From a virus, in IMG/VR virus record IMGVR_UViG_3300006793_000013: a DNA stretch of 64,000 bases; one strand, 5' to 3'. Shown piece by piece: positions 26,018 to 41,400 of this stretch. Below the pieces are notes generated by a model. That model was not told the DNA's origin and searched no databases. It saw only the letters and a program-made list of their open reading frames with translations. The stretch's first letter is position 1. Every line of letters begins with the position of its first letter. The translations under genes were made by a program, and so were the position numbers.

Positions 26018-29000
26018 ATGAGCACAACGTCAAGACAAAACAATTTATTACTTAACGAAGACTGGACAAGAATCTACCAGACTTTCGCTAATGCTGATTT
26101 CAAATCTTACGATTTTGAAAATCTAAGACGTGTGATCATCACTTACCTAAGAGAAAACTATCCAGAAGATTTTAACGATTACATTGAAAGCTCAGAGTAT
26201 CTTGCACTAATTGATGCTATTGCGTTTTTAGGGCAAAGTTTATCTTTCCGTATTGATTTAGCAAGTAGAGAAAACTTTATTGAACTTGCTGAACGTAAAG
26301 AAAGTGTACTACGTATTGCTAAAATGCTTAGTTATAATGCAAAGCGTAACTTACCATCAAAAGGTTTACTTAAATTTACATCAGTTTCAACTACAGAACA
26401 ATTAGTTGATAGTAATGGGCGTAATTTAGCAAGTCAAACAGTTAAATGGAATGACCCAACTAATACAAACTGGGCAGAACAGTTTATTTTGCTTCTTGAT
26501 GCTGCTATGTCTGATAACACAAAATTTGGCAGAAGCCAAGGTACAGATGTTATTCAAGGTATCCCAACAGAACAGTACAGATTTAGAACTGCTAGTACTG
26601 ATGTGCCAATGTTTACTTTTAATAAAAACGTTGCAGGCAGACAAATGGTGTTTGAAATCTTAAGCACAACTTTTAAAGGTGCAGAAGAGATTTACGAGGA
26701 AGCACCTACACCTGGTAACCAGCTAGGATTTCTTTACAGACAAGATAACAAAGGTCCAGCAAGTCCTAATACAGGATTTTTCATGCACTTCAAACAAGGT
26801 TCTTTGGAGTTAGCTGACTTCACAATTGATGCACCATCAACAAATGAAAAAGTTGCAGTTGATGCAAAAGGAATTAACAACGATGATGTTTGGTTGTTTG
26901 AATTACTTGCAAATGGAAGCCAAGCTCAAGAGTGGACAAAAGTATCAAGCCTTACAGGAAACAATATTGCTTACAACAGTTTGTCAGGAGACATTAGAAA
27001 TATTTACGGTGTTGAAACTAAACAGAATGATATGATTGATTTAGTTTTTGCTGACGGTGTATATGGTAACTTACCTAAAGGATCTTTTAGAACTTACTAT
27101 AGAATTAGTAATGGATTAAGTTATACAATTTCACCTAATGAAATGAAAAATGTTAATATCTCAGTTGACTATGTTAACCAAGCAGGTATTGCACACACAT
27201 TAACAATTGGAATGGCTTTACAGTCTACAGTTTCAACATCAACACCTACAGAATCAGTTGCATCGATTAAAAGGAATGCACCAGCAAACTATTATACACA
27301 AAATAGAATGATTACAGGTGAGGACTATAACCTTGCACCTTTAGCAACATCACAAAATATTTTAAAAGTAAAAGCATCAAACAGAACATCAAGTGGATTG
27401 TCACGTAACTTTGATCTTATTGATGCAAGTGGAAAGTACAGTTCAGTTAACGTATTTGGTACAGACGGATATATGTATAAAGAAGAAGATGAACAATCTC
27501 TTTCTTTTAAATTCTCAAATAGATCAGATATTATTAATTTTATTAAACAAAAAGTAGAAGGTATATTTACAGAAACAGATGTTTATAATTTCTACTTTAC
27601 AAAATATGACAAAATTTTATTTACAAGTGACAACATTGTGTGGAATGCATCAACTAACAACATTAATGAAGGCACAGGATACTTTACAAACAAAGTTGAT
27701 CTGTCGTTGCTTAAAGTAGGAACATATTCTACCAATAACTTAAAATATATTACTCCAGGAGCAAATGTTAAATTTACTGCTCCGACAGGACAATCATTTA
27801 AAGACGGATTACTAGTAACAACAGACGATACAGATTCTTCACAAAAAAGTGTTATATGGACAAAAGTTATTAGTGTTGCAGGTGATGGTACAAACGCAGG
27901 TACTGGTGCTAACGCAAAAGGCATTGGTCCTATTGTGTTTAACGATAATGTTCCTTCAGGCGCAGTTGCTTCTAGAATTGTTCCTAAGTTTGTAACAGAT
28001 CTTTCAGACGCACTTGAGTCTTCAATGGTTAACCAAGCATTTGCAAATTTAAACTTTGGCCTAAGATATGATGATAAAGAATCAAGTTGGAAAATTATTC
28101 AAAATCAAAACTTAGATTTAACGTCAGCATTTAGTTTAGGTAAATCCGGTGATGTAACTAATAATAATTTAGATAGTTCATGGATTATGGCATTTGTAAA
28201 GGATAATGATCAATACATTGTACGAACACGTACACTTAACTATGTGTTTGGTAGTAAAAAACAAAACAGATTTTATTTTGATAAAAGCGAAAAAGCATAC
28301 AACAGTCTAACTGGTAAAGTTGAAAAAGACGTTGTAAATGTTTTAGGTATTAATAGTAAAAATGTTGGCACAGGATCGTTGATACAAGATTACCCATTTG
28401 AAGTTGCAGATGTAATTAAATTTGATGACGGATATGAAAGTACTAAAGAAATTAGATTAGGCTTTAGGGATTCTGACGCAGACGGTGTTATTGACAACCC
28501 AGAGTCGTTTGTTAATGTAGTTGGCGAAGACCTTGATTTAAAATATCTTTTCTTCAAAGCAGAAAAAGACGATTATGGTACAACTGTTTATAACCTAGTT
28601 GACACAACAGTAACTCCTATTTTGGTTATTGAAAAAGAATCACTAGTTAACGTTAATAACTATAGCGACGGACAATTAATTTATTTTTACGATAGTGCAG
28701 AAAATAGAGTTAAAAGAGTTGACAGAACAACAAATACACTTGTACTAGAAAGCACATACAGAGCAAATATTGGTAGAGACAATATTAAGTTCCAATACAC
28801 ACATTCAGCAAGTGAAGATAGAAGACTTGATCCTAGTGTAACAAACATTATTGATCTTTATCTTTTAACTAGATCTTATGATACAGAATTTAGAAATTAT
28901 CTAGCAGGTGCACGTACAACAGAACCAACTGCACCAACAAATGACGAACTTAGAGTAACGTTTGGAACAGGACTAAACTCTATTAAGTCAATTAGCGATG

Positions 29001-29419
29001 AAGTAGTTTATCATCCTGTGAAGTATAAAGTTTTATTTGGCAGTAATGCTGACACTAAATTACAAGCTCAGTTTAAGGTTGTTAAGAATCCTAATAAAAC
29101 TGTTAACAATAACGATTTAAAAGTAAGAATTGTAAATGCAATGAATCAATTCTTTGATGTAAACAACTGGGACTTTGGAGATAGATTCTATCTAAGCGAA
29201 CTTACAACTTATATATTAAATGTAGTTTCGCCTGATATATCAAACATTGTTATATTGCCAAGACAGACATCACAGGCATTCGGAAGCCTGTTTGAAATAC
29301 AAAGTAAACCAGACGAAATTTTTGTTAGTGGTGCCACTGTTGATGACATAGAGATTGTATCTTCTATTACGGCTGCTGAAATTAACTCAGCAAATAATTC
29401 AATAGTGAGTGACACATAA
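26018..29419 (+). CDS. gp6: Baseplate wedge subunit (gp6-like), 1133 aa
   Basis: DF.SYDF..LR, ENFIELAER.ESV.R.A.ML.Y, F.DGVYG..P and QNRM.T.EDY motifs. Confidence 0.85.
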   Translation: MSTTSRQNNLLLNEDWTRIYQTFANADFKSYDFENLRRVIITYLRENYPEDFNDYIESSEYLALIDAIAFLGQSLSFRIDLASRENFIELAERKESVLRIAKMLSYNAKRNLPSKGLLKFTSVSTTEQLVDSNGRNLASQTVKWNDPTNTNWAEQFILLLDAAMSDNTKFGRSQGTDVIQGIPTEQYRFRTASTDVPMFTFNKNVAGRQMVFEILSTTFKGAEEIYEEAPTPGNQLGFLYRQDNKGPASPNTGFFMHFKQGSLELADFTIDAPSTNEKVAVDAKGINNDDVWLFELLANGSQAQEWTKVSSLTGNNIAYNSLSGDIRNIYGVETKQNDMIDLVFADGVYGNLPKGSFRTYYRISNGLSYTISPNEMKNVNISVDYVNQAGIAHTLTIGMALQSTVSTSTPTESVASIKRNAPANYYTQNRMITGEDYNLAPLATSQNILKVKASNRTSSGLSRNFDLIDASGKYSSVNVFGTDGYMYKEEDEQSLSFKFSNRSDIINFIKQKVEGIFTETDVYNFYFTKYDKILFTSDNIVWNASTNNINEGTGYFTNKVDLSLLKVGTYSTNNLKYITPGANVKFTAPTGQSFKDGLLVTTDDTDSSQKSVIWTKVISVAGDGTNAGTGANAKGIGPIVFNDNVPSGAVASRIVPKFVTDLSDALESSMVNQAFANLNFGLRYDDKESSWKIIQNQNLDLTSAFSLGKSGDVTNNNLDSSWIMAFVKDNDQYIVRTRTLNYVFGSKKQNRFYFDKSEKAYNSLTGKVEKDVVNVLGINSKNVGTGSLIQDYPFEVADVIKFDDGYESTKEIRLGFRDSDADGVIDNPESFVNVVGEDLDLKYLFFKAEKDDYGTTVYNLVDTTVTPILVIEKESLVNVNNYSDGQLIYFYDSAENRVKRVDRTTNTLVLESTYRANIGRDNIKFQYTHSASEDRRLDPSVTNIIDLYLLTRSYDTEFRNYLAGARTTEPTAPTNDELRVTFGTGLNSIKSISDEVVYHPVKYKVLFGSNADTKLQAQFKVVKNPNKTVNNNDLKVRIVNAMNQFFDVNNWDFGDRFYLSELTTYILNVVSPDISNIVILPRQTSQAFGSLFEIQSKPDEIFVSGATVDDIEIVSSITAAEINSANNSIVSDT

Positions 29420-32400
29420 TGGCTGCTGATAACAAAAAGTTTCCTAATAGCGACATTCCAATTAGAAAAAGTTCAGACTTATTACCTAACGTCTTCCAAA
29501 CCCCAGTCAATGATAAATTTTTATCAGGAGTACTTGATCCTTTAATACAGCCGGGTGTTGTTGACAAGACTGTAGGTTATATTGGTAAGCGTTACGGAAA
29601 AACTTTTACAGGAAAAGATGTTTATCTTGATACAGACCAAACACTAAGAAGTCGTTATCAACTTGAGCCAGCTGTTACAGTTGAAGAAGATCAAAAGATT
29701 TTAAAATTTAAAGACTATATTGATCTTAAAAGCATGGTTGAGTTCTTTGGCAATGCCAATGAAAGAGATGATAAAACTACAGAGCAAGAACATTACAGTT
29801 GGAATCCTCCTATTGTATGGGACAAGTTTATTAACTACAGAGAATATTATTGGATTCCAGGCGGCCCACCATCAGTAGATGTATATGGACAAGCAGCAAA
29901 TATTCAAAGTACATATAAAGTAGGAACTGGTATAAACAGTTGGATACTTACACCAGACAGTGTAACTAATAATCCTGATATTACTTTATATAGAGGACAA
30001 GAATATAAGTTTGAAGTTAACTCTCCTGATGAAGGTTTCTATATTAGAAACAATTATGATACAGGATCTTTAGAATTTAATCCTAACAAATCATACTTTC
30101 CTGGAGAACTAGCAGTATTCGACAAACAACTTTGGAAGTGTGTTAACGAAACAAGTCCATTAGACGGAAGTAGTATTACAATTGATTCACAAGATTGGCA
30201 ATTGGTTGCTAACGATGCAGGATTTGCTTCTCTACTATATAGAGATGGTGTAGAAAATAATGGTGTAAAAGTAGGAACGTTAACATTTAAAATTCCACAA
30301 GACTCGCCAGATATATTATATTATCAAAGTGATGTTGAACCTAATAGGTTAGGTAGATTTATTATTTCAGACATTGATACAAATACTTTTATTGATGTTG
30401 AAAAAGAAGTTGTAGGTAAAAAAGAATACACAACCGCAGACGGAATTAGTTTTACAAACGGAATGGTTGTAGCATTTAGAGGCCAAGTGCAACCATCGAA
30501 ATATGCAGACGGACAATGGTTAGTTGAAGGTGTTGGTTCAGAGATTAGATTAATTAATTTTGCTGACTTAGTACCTCCGCCATTAGATACAGATTCGCCT
30601 GATATATTATTTGATAATCAAGGATTTGATACACAGCCTTTTGATGATGCAACACAGTATCCTGGTAATAAAGATTATATTACAATTGCTAGAAACAGTA
30701 AAGACTCTAACCCTTGGTCCAGATATAACAGATGGTTCCATAGATCTGTTTTAGAGTCTGCATATAAATTTAGAAGTCAAGACTTTGATTCATTAGAATC
30801 AGCTAGAGCTAAAAGACCTATTATTGAATTCCAACCTGATATACAATTATATAATCACGGTGGCATTGCAAAACAAACAGTTGACTACGTAGATACATTT
30901 ACAGATGATGTGTTTTCTAAAATTGAAGGGTCACAGGGTTATAATATTGACGGTGAGTTCTTGTTTGAAGGAGCAAGGATTCTAGTTATTGCAGATACAG
31001 ATAGTTTAGCAAATAACAGAATTTATGAAGTAAGGTTTGTAAAACACAATAACACTACACAAATTAATTTAAAAGAAACTGCTGATTCATTATCAGCATT
31101 TAATGAAGGTGTTCTAGTAAGACGTGGTACAACTAACGCAGGTAAGATGTATCATTATGATGGTACAGTTTGGAAATCAAGCCAAGAAAAAACTAGTGCT
31201 AACCAAGCACCTAAGTTTGAATTATACGATTCAGCTGGTGTTGCATTTTCAGACCCAACAATATATCCAGTATCAAGTTTTGTAGGTAGTAATCTTTTAA
31301 GTTATAAAGTTGGCACAGGTGTTGTAGATAAAGAATTAGGATTTGCATTAAGTTATGCAAATATTGATAATGTAGGTGACATTGTATTTGATTGGAACTT
31401 TGAAACAGAAAAATTTGTTTACACACTAACGCAAAAACAATATACCAAGAATACTAACACTGGATTCTATAAAATTAATGGAAAATATGCCAACGGTTGG
31501 ATAGCAACAGACAAAACATTTATTCAGCCAATTATTGATCAGTACACGTTTACTACAGCAGATTCTATTGCAATATTCAATACTGTTGATTGGGATGTGT
31601 TACCAGACGATGCAGTAATTAATTTTTATCTAAACGGCGAATATATTACTGACACATATACTAGAAGTACTAATCAGTTTACGTTTAATAGAACATTTAA
31701 TATTAATGATGTAGTAACTATAAAAATAGTTGCAGCAATTAAACCAGATCAAGGGTATTATCAAATACCTGCAGGGCTAGAAAAAAATCCTCTGAATGAA
31801 CAATTAAAAACATTTACGTTAGGACAAGCAACAGATCATTTAAAATCATCTCTTGAATTTGATAGAAGAGTTGTAGGAACTGTTCCGGGTGTTTCAAATC
31901 TAAGGGACTTAGATCAGTATCAAAAACACTCAACAAGGTTTATGAAACATTCAGGTTTCGCAGCAGTGTCTACTTTGTTAATTAATGACAAAGATATTAA
32001 CATTGTTAAATCTTTAAGATATGCTAAGTCAGCATATACTATTTTTAAACAAAATATTATTAAGAAAGCAACCGAAGTTGAGTTCAACGAAAATACTTCA
32101 GACTTTTTAGATAGTATTATAGAAATTATTACAAAGACTAAAACTATTGACAGTCCTTTTGCAGACTCTGATATGATTGGTGCTGGAGCGTTTACAAGAA
32201 CAGATTATGTTGTTGACGATCCGGGTATTAAAACATTTACACTTACTGAAGATTTTGATTTAGAAACATTAAGCAGAAGAGCAGTATATGTTTACCTTAA
32301 TGATGTACAACTTATTGTAAACAAAGATTACACAGTTAATGGAGCATTGGGCTTTATTACAATTACAGGTACGTTAGTTGAAGGTGATAGAATTGAGATT

Positions 32401-35400
32401 AGAGAGTATGTGTCAACAGCATTTAGCCATGTACCGCCAACTCCAACATCACTAGGACTTTACCCTAAGTACGAACCTACAAAATATTTAGATGACACTT
32501 ACAGAGTACCTAAAGATATAATACAAGGACACGATGGTAGTAAAACTACTGCCTATGGCGATTATAGAGATGACTTACTTTTAGAATTTGAAAAGCGTGT
32601 ATTTAATAACATCAAACAAGAATACGATGCTAAGATTTTTGATGTTCAAAAAGCGTTGGGTGGATATTACGGTAATAGTACATTTGTAAAAGAAGAACTA
32701 GATAGCGTAATCAATCAAGAGTTTTTATCATGGGTGCAAAATACTAACCTAGGTTATACAACAAACGATTATTTTGTAGAAACAGAACCGTTTACATATA
32801 CATATTCAAGTATGACAGATCCAACAGGCAAAGAAAACTTGCCTGGATATTGGAGAGGTGTTTACAAATATTTTTACGATACTGATAGACCGCATACACA
32901 TCCATGGGAAATGCTAGGCTTTACAATAAAGCCAACATGGTGGGAGACTGAGTACGGAGCAGCACCTTATACTAATGGTAACTTGGTGTTGTGGGAAGAT
33001 ATTGCTGCTGGTAAGATTGCTCAAGGAGATCGAGCAGGGATATATCCAAGATATGCCAGAACAACAATTCTAAATCATATTCCTTGTGATTGTGACGGTA
33101 ATTTAGTTGATCCTTTGACTTCAGGTCTTGCAGGTAATTTTCAACTTGTTAACAATAGAGGTCCTTTTAAACTAGGTGATGATAGTCCAGTTGAAAACGC
33201 ATGGAAAACTAGTTCAGAATATCCTTTTGCAATAACAACAGCACTAGCATTATTAAAACCGTTTGATTATCTAGTACTAAACTTTGACAGAGCTGTTACT
33301 AAAAGAAACATTATTGACCAGTTAGTAAATGTAACATCAGAAACATTTTTAACACCAACAGACTTAAAGTTTCCTATCGCAGGAAAGACACAGGTAGCAG
33401 GACTTGCAATTTACATTGCTTCATATATTAAGTCAGTAGGCGGAGCAGTTGCTGATGCTCAGAAAAATATTGATTGTATAAATGTTAGATTAACTTCAAG
33501 AGTAAGCGGGTTTGTTGATAAGCAGCAACAAAAATATTTACTTGATAGTAAAAATCCAAGCTCGGCAAGTGCAAGTGTGTTTATTCCACCTGAGAACTAC
33601 GATATTATCTTTAATGTAAGTTCTCCAATAGCTTCGGTTACTTACAGTGGTGTTATATTTGAAAAAACAACACAGGGTTGGGTAGTAAATGGATACGATG
33701 ATATTAATCCTTACTTTAATACGTTTGAAGCGTATCCACAACAAGCTGATCCTGTAATTTCAGTTGCAGGAACTTCAGAACCTTTTACTGAATGGGATCA
33801 AGAAAAAACATTTAACAACGGTGGTATTGTTGAGTACAGAGGAACATTCTATAGAGCAACACAGACATTTACCTCTGGAGAAACGTTTGATAAAAGTAAC
33901 TTAGTACAGCTACCCGACTTACCAGTTGAGAATGCTGTTGTTGCTCAACAACGTAGAAACTTTAATAGTTTCAAAGTTAAGAAAGTAAGTTACGGAACAG
34001 AGTTTAACAGTATACAAAGTGTAGTTGACTTCTTACTAGGATATCAAGCACACTTAAAAAGTCAAGGGTTTGACTTTGCAAACTATGACGGCACTAATCA
34101 AGTAGTACAAGATTTTACAACAGCAGCAAAAGAATTTATGTACTGGACAGTCCATAACTGGGCAGTTGGTTCTGTATTATCGATGAGTCCAGGTGCAGCA
34201 AGTATGGAAATTAATCTTGCTGTTGGAGTTGCTGATAACTTATTAGATAGTTTCTATGATTATAATGTGTTGAAAGCAGACGGCTCAGCACTTGATCCTA
34301 AATTTATAAATGTATCAAGATCTTTTCAAAAAATTCAAGTTAACACAACAAACACAACTGAAGGTATCTACTTACTAAAATTAAATTATGTTCTAAAAGA
34401 ACATGTTGTTGTATTTGATGATAAAACAGTTTTCAATGATACTATATTTGATAAAGCAACAGGTTATAGACAAGAAAGAATTAAAGCACAAGGATTTAGA
34501 ACAACAGATTGGGACGGTGATTATACTAGCCCTGGCTTCTTATTTGATAATGTATCATTTGATACTTGGATACCTTATTATGATTATAAATTAGGAGACA
34601 TTGTATCTTACAGAGCATACAAGTATACCGCAAGATTTAATCATACTAGTGATGAAGAGTTTAATGACGCTAACTGGACACAACTAGACTCAACACCTGA
34701 GAAACAACTTATTCCTAACTTTGATTATAGAATTAATCAAATGGAAGATTATTTTGATGTGTCATCAGAAGGATTAGGAAAGAGCCAAAGAGATCTTGCA
34801 AGGCATACTGTAGGATACCAAAGCAGAGAATATTTAGAAAACTTATCTGAAGATCCAACAACACAGTTTAAATTGTACCAAGGATTTATCAGAGAGAAAG
34901 GTACACCAAATGCAATTACTAAACTGTTTACAAAACTAGGTGATAATACTAGCAATGCCGCTGTTGATCTTAATGAAGAGTGGGGATTCAAGTTAGGACA
35001 AGTTGGAGGAGTTGATCAGTCAGAAAGAATTGAAATTAGATTAGATACTGACAAGTTTAAATTAAATCCTCAGCCTGTATTAGTTGAAGCGTCTGCAGAA
35101 GATAAAGTTGATAGGTATTATAGAATTGATTCGACTAATTTTGAGTTTGGTCCAAGCCCGTTTACAACAGACATCAACCCAACTAGTTATGATTCTAAGC
35201 CTGTATTAACAGCAGGATATGTATCAGTAGGTCAAACAGACTTTACAGTTACAAACAGAGATGAAATATTAAATCTTGCAATTGCTTCAGTACAAGATAA
35301 TAATCATATATGGGTTACATTTGATGGACCTTCATGGACCGTTCTTAGAGCAAACACAGTATTCGATTTAAAAATTACAAACTTAGAAAGTAATGATGAT

Positions 35401-38400
35401 AACGAAGTGATCTTTACTTTTGAAAAAGCACACTTGTTAAAAGTTGATGATGTATTTGGTATCAAAACAATAGCAGGACTAAATCAGTTTTGGAAAGTAA
35501 AAGCAGCAACAACTAATACAGTTACAGTACAGCATACAGAAAAGTATGATGCAGATCAAGGATTCGAACCTAGCACAGGCGCTTATCCAATGTTACTAAC
35601 TGAAGCACGGTTTAGTTCTTACGACACTGTTGACCCAGAGAAGGTAGCACTACTAACTGACGGATCAAAACTATTTGTAGACTCTAATGTAAACTCACAC
35701 TGGGAAGTTGTTGAAAAGAAAAAACAGTTTACAGGTAATAAAATTGTTGACTTTGGTATTACTGATCCAACAAGTGTTGGTAAGAAAACAGTTTACAGTG
35801 ATACACTTAAACAGGTTATAGTTGGCATACCTGATGCAGCAAGAGTAGGAATTTATATTCAAGGTGCAACAGGCCTATCGTCTAAGCAATTGCTTGAACC
35901 ACCGTCATGGTTAACAACAGATGTTACAGGATCATTTGGTCTTGAATTAGCACTTAGCCCAGATAGCCAGTGGTTGATGGTTGGTGCTCCAACAGCAAGT
36001 GGAATCCCTAGCAGATATCAAGGTGCATTTGATGTAAATGCAAACTACTTAATTAATGACATTGTTTTATTTGCAGGTAGACTTTATAAAGCAACTGATA
36101 ATATTAACGGTGACGGCAGCACAATTGATGTGTACAGCAATGAATGGGTTGAAGTACAGAAGATTGATGCAGAAAGCGATGGATCAAACACAGGTGGTTT
36201 TGAAACAGGTGTAATATTCATTTACAAGTACCAGTCACAACAGTGGAACTTATACGACATACAAGTAAGTCCTAGAACTTATGACAATGAAAGATTTGGT
36301 GAAAAGATTGCAGTTAGCCAAGCAACATCAACAGGCCCTTATTACATGTCAGTATCAGCACCTGGTTCACAAGATGCAAAAGGTCGTGTATATCTTTACA
36401 CGTATGATACAACAGATGGTTGGCGCTTAGACTATAATAAAAATTATAGAGGCATTTATGCTGCTGATGATTCTACTTTTTATCCTAAGGACTCAATAGT
36501 ATTTTCAAATGGAGATATGTGGAAAGCATTAGTTGATAATGTTGCGGACGGAAGTTCATTAACAATTTACTCAAACGATTGGGTTAAGATGGACGAAGTA
36601 ACAACAGGTGCTTCACTTCCGATGTCAATAGCAACTAACGATGATGGTTCAACACTTGATGCAGGAATACTTGATGACGAACAACTTGTTGAGTTAGTTA
36701 AAGTAGATGATCGTTTTGGTACTTCTTTAGCAATGAACTATGACGGTACAGTACTTGCAGTAGGCGCACCAAACAGTGACGGACAATACTTTAATAACTT
36801 TAAAGGTCAGTGGAGACCTAACTACGAATATATGCAAGGCGATACAGTTAAGTATCAAGGCAGTTATCATCAATTACAAAATTTAGGACCAAGTGCAGTA
36901 GGTGCAGATAGTACAATTAGAAGTTATAACGAAGCACCAGATGCTGGCGAGCCTTGGGTAAACGTAGGCGATAGCACAGACGTTGCTTCAGGTAAAGTTT
37001 ACATATACAAAAAGAATGCAGCTGGTGTTTATAGATTACTACAGCAAATAAATGCAGACTCTCTTCCATACCTAAGTGATCTTGATCCAAGTGAAGCAAT
37101 AAGCTCAGGTGACAAGTTTGGTTATGCTATTGGATTAGACTATTCAGGTAACACATTAGTTGTTACAAGTCCTTTAGCAGATAAAAACTTCCAGAATCAA
37201 GGTAGTGCTTATGTGTTTAAGTTTGATAGTGATTCAACAGAATTTGCTTATAGACTAAAACAAAAATTAACAAGTTACTCAGATTATCCAAATGAAATGT
37301 TTGGTCAAGATATTTCAATCTCAAGCGGTACTGAAATAATTGCAATTGGTGCAACTAATTCTCCGTTTACATTACAGACAAGATTTGATGGATCACAAAC
37401 ATCATACGACAGTAACAGAACTACGTTTAGAGATTATGACGGATTTGCTGGAGCAGTTTATGTGTTTGAGAAAAAAGGTAAGTCTGAGAGATACTTCCTA
37501 TCAGAGAAAATTGACGAAACACTTTCTTTAAACGAGTCTTTTGGTTACAGTTTATATGCTACAAGAAACGCTATTGTAGTTGGATCGCCTAACTATATTT
37601 CTCCTGCACCTCACGGAGTTGATATTGCATTTGAAGGAGACAAAACAGGTACAGCTAGATTGTTTGAAAAAACTGAAGGTCAAAATGCACTAAACGTTAT
37701 TGGCTCACAACCACAAACAGTTGACATTGATAAGTTTAAACGTATTTCACTTTATGATACTGAAGATGATATAAAAATTCTTGACATAGAAATTTTTGAT
37801 CCTGCTAAAATGAAACTGTTAGCACAAGCAGAAAGAGAACTTACATATAAAGTTCCATACGATCCTGCAATTTATACAACAGGAACAGCAGAAGGTGCTG
37901 TTGTTGATGATTCTATTTGTTGGAAAACTAAAAACGTAGGTAAACTATGGTGGGATATTTCAACAGCTAAATGGTTTGACTATGAGCAAGGCGAAGTTTC
38001 ATATAGAGTAGGTGCATGGGGAGCATTGGCTCCTGGAGCATCAATTGATGTTTATGAATGGGTACAGTCTAAATTACTTCCTTCGGAGTGGGCAGTAGTT
38101 GCAGATACTAATGAAGGTTTACCACTAGGCATATCTGGGCAACCATTGTATGCAGATGATAGTGCTTACAGTATAAAAGCAGAATTTAATCCTAATACAG
38201 GAGAACAAACAGAAGTTTATTATTACTATTGGGTAAGAAATAAAGTTACTGTTCCTGAAGGTAATACTGATAGATCTATTTCAGCAGCAGATGTGTTTAA
38301 TTTGATTAGTGATCCTTCTGCACTAGGACAAACATATGCAGCATTTATTGACAAAGACAAATTTTTATTATTCAATTACAAAGCATCAGTAGCAGAAAGC

Positions 38401-41400
38401 TCTGCTGTACTAAATGTTGAATACTTTACACAAGAAGAAAATCAAAATCAAGTACACAACGAGTATCAACTTCTAACTGAAGGTGTTGCAGATAGTTTAC
38501 CAACTACATCATTAGAAAATAAATGGATTGATAGTTTAATTGGGTACGATAGACAAGGTAATAGAATACCTGATCCTAACTTGCCAGCTAAACAACGATA
38601 TGGTATAAGTTACAGACCAAGACAAAGTATGTTTGTTGATAGAAAGTCTATCTTAAGAACTTTAATTACAAATGTTAACGCAATCATGCACAAAGAAGCA
38701 TTTGCTGATTCATTAAACTTTACAACGTTAAATTCAGTAGACAGTATTCCAAGTTCTTTATTAAACCTTTATGACACAACAGTTGATAGCTATATTGAAT
38801 TACTTGAAGTAGGTACATCTAGAATTAAACAATGTAACTTACGTGCAAATATTATTGATAATGAAGTCAACTCTATTGATATTTTAGATGCAGGGTTTGG
38901 ATATAAGATACCTCCAACTATTGAATTTGAAGGTGACGGAACAGGTGCAGAAGCAGTTACTACAATTGACAATCAAGGTAGAGTTAACAGTGTAACAATT
39001 ACTAATAAAGGTAAACTATACACATACATTTCTACTAAACCAAGACAGTTTAGTGTGCTTGTTAATAACGATTCTACTGCAAATAATTTCTGGAGCATTT
39101 ATGCTTGGGACGATGTAAGAAAATCATGGTACAGAAGTAGATCACAAGCGTACAACACACCGTTATATTGGTCATATGCTGACTGGTGGGACAATGACTT
39201 TGGTCCTACTTCAAGAATAGTAAAAGAAATAGTTAGTGTATACGAAGAACCAACTATAAATGTTGAAATTGGAGACTTGATTAGAATCAAAGAATACGGT
39301 TCAGGTGGCTGGGCAGTGTTTAAGAAAACTACTGATGTTAGTACCGAGTCTATGAACAACTACGAGATGATTGGTAGGTACCAAGGAACTATTCAATTCT
39401 CATCAGACTTATATGATACAGCAACAAGTGGTGTTGGATATGACAACGTAGACTCATTTGATATTGACTTTTATGATAAAGAAGTTTCAAATGAACTTAG
39501 ATTTATTTTACAAGCATTGAAAGAAGATGTTTTAACTGGAAATTATGCAGTTGAGTGGAACAACTTATTCTTTACATCAATTAGATATGTGTTTAAAGAA
39601 CAAACTTATGTAGATTGGGCGTTTAAATCTAGTTTCTTAAATGCAACACACAATGTTGGCACACTAAAACAAAAAACTAATTACAAAAATGACAGTCTTG
39701 AAAGTTACTTAGACTATATTAACGAAGTAAAACCTTACAGTACAACAGTAAGAGAATATATTAGTAAGTATGACACTATAGATAATACAAATTCTGCTAT
39801 TTCAGACTTTGATTTACCTCCTTACTATTCAGAAGCACAAGGAAAAATTGTTCCTGTTGAAAGTACTGACGATATATTAGCAACATATCCTTATAAATTC
39901 TGGAACGATAACAAAGGTTACCAGATTATTGAAATAAGTGTTGCTGGTAAAGGCGCAGATTACACAGAAGCACCTAAAGTATTAATTACTGGTGGAGGCG
40001 GAAGCGGTGCTAAAGCAACTGCATATGTTTCAAACGGTAAAGTTACTGGAATCAAATTAACAGAACACGGTTCAGGATACACATCAACACCAACTGTTTC
40101 CCTTGTAGGTGGTAATGGTACTTCGCCATCAGTTGCAAGAGCAGTTGCAGTGTTAGGTAATGGTAAAACACGTTCTATAAATGTTAATATGAAGTTCGAT
40201 AGAATTTCTAAAACAGGAATTTATAGTAACTTTACACAAACTGAGTCGTTTACTGCTACAGGTTCAACATCAGTGTTTAATTTAACTTATCCACCAACTA
40301 GAGATAAGTCAAATATTTCAATTATTAAAGACGGTCAAGTAGTTCTTAATAATGAATACGATATTGCTTTGTTTACATTAGAAACAGATGTGTATAAACA
40401 AATTAGAGGTAAGATTACTTTTAAAATTCCACCAGCAAAAGACGAAGTTATTAATATAACGTATGCAAAGAATGATGAAATCTTAGATAGTGTAAGCAGA
40501 ATTGAAAAATATTACAATCCATCATCAGGAATGGTAGGTAAAGAACTGAATCAGCTAATGACAGGTATTGACTTTGGTGGTGTTCAAGTACAAGGTACCA
40601 CATTTGATGTTACAGGTGGTTGGGACGCATTACCTTGGTTTACTGATAGTTGGGATAGTGTTGAGTCAGCAGCAGATTATTACTATGTTGCAGACGGAAG
40701 CACAATTAATGTAACACTTCCTTATACTCCTGTAGATGGACAAGTTCTTAATATCTACTTAAAACGTGCAGGCACAGTAGTACCTGACGATATTTTAAAT
40801 TTACAAGTTGAAGAAGGGGTTGAAGAACCTCCAACACATAGAATTGACGATCCTAATTACACTGATAACTGGGATAGCTCAGTTTCAACGAATCCACATG
40901 CACAGATGCCAACATTTATTGGTGACGGTAGCACAAACATTGTTGAAGTTGGTGCCTATGTATCAACACAGCCCGGTGATATTTTAATTTTCCGTCCTGC
41001 AGAGAGTGATGGTGCTGTAACTATTAATGATAACAACTTATTAGATACAAAGTTATCAGGTGGAACATTGTCAGCAATGGAAGGTGCTTATGCAACAGCA
41101 ACAGGATTAAATGCAGAAGACATTTCAATAGACGGTGGTGAATATACTAGCCCAGATCAAGTTCCTGCAACAGAAGAAAACATTCCTGGACAGGTTTTAG
41201 ATAGTTTAAGTATTAAAGTATTCCACTCAAACAAAGATGCAGCGGGTGCAACAGTTAAATCTAATGTTAGAATCGGTGACGGATCAACATTAGTATATCC
41301 AATAGGACAAAAAATTATTGAAAACAAATCAGTAATTGTTTATATTGACGGAATAAAATCTGCACCAGCAACTTATACTGTTAACATTACAAATAGTACA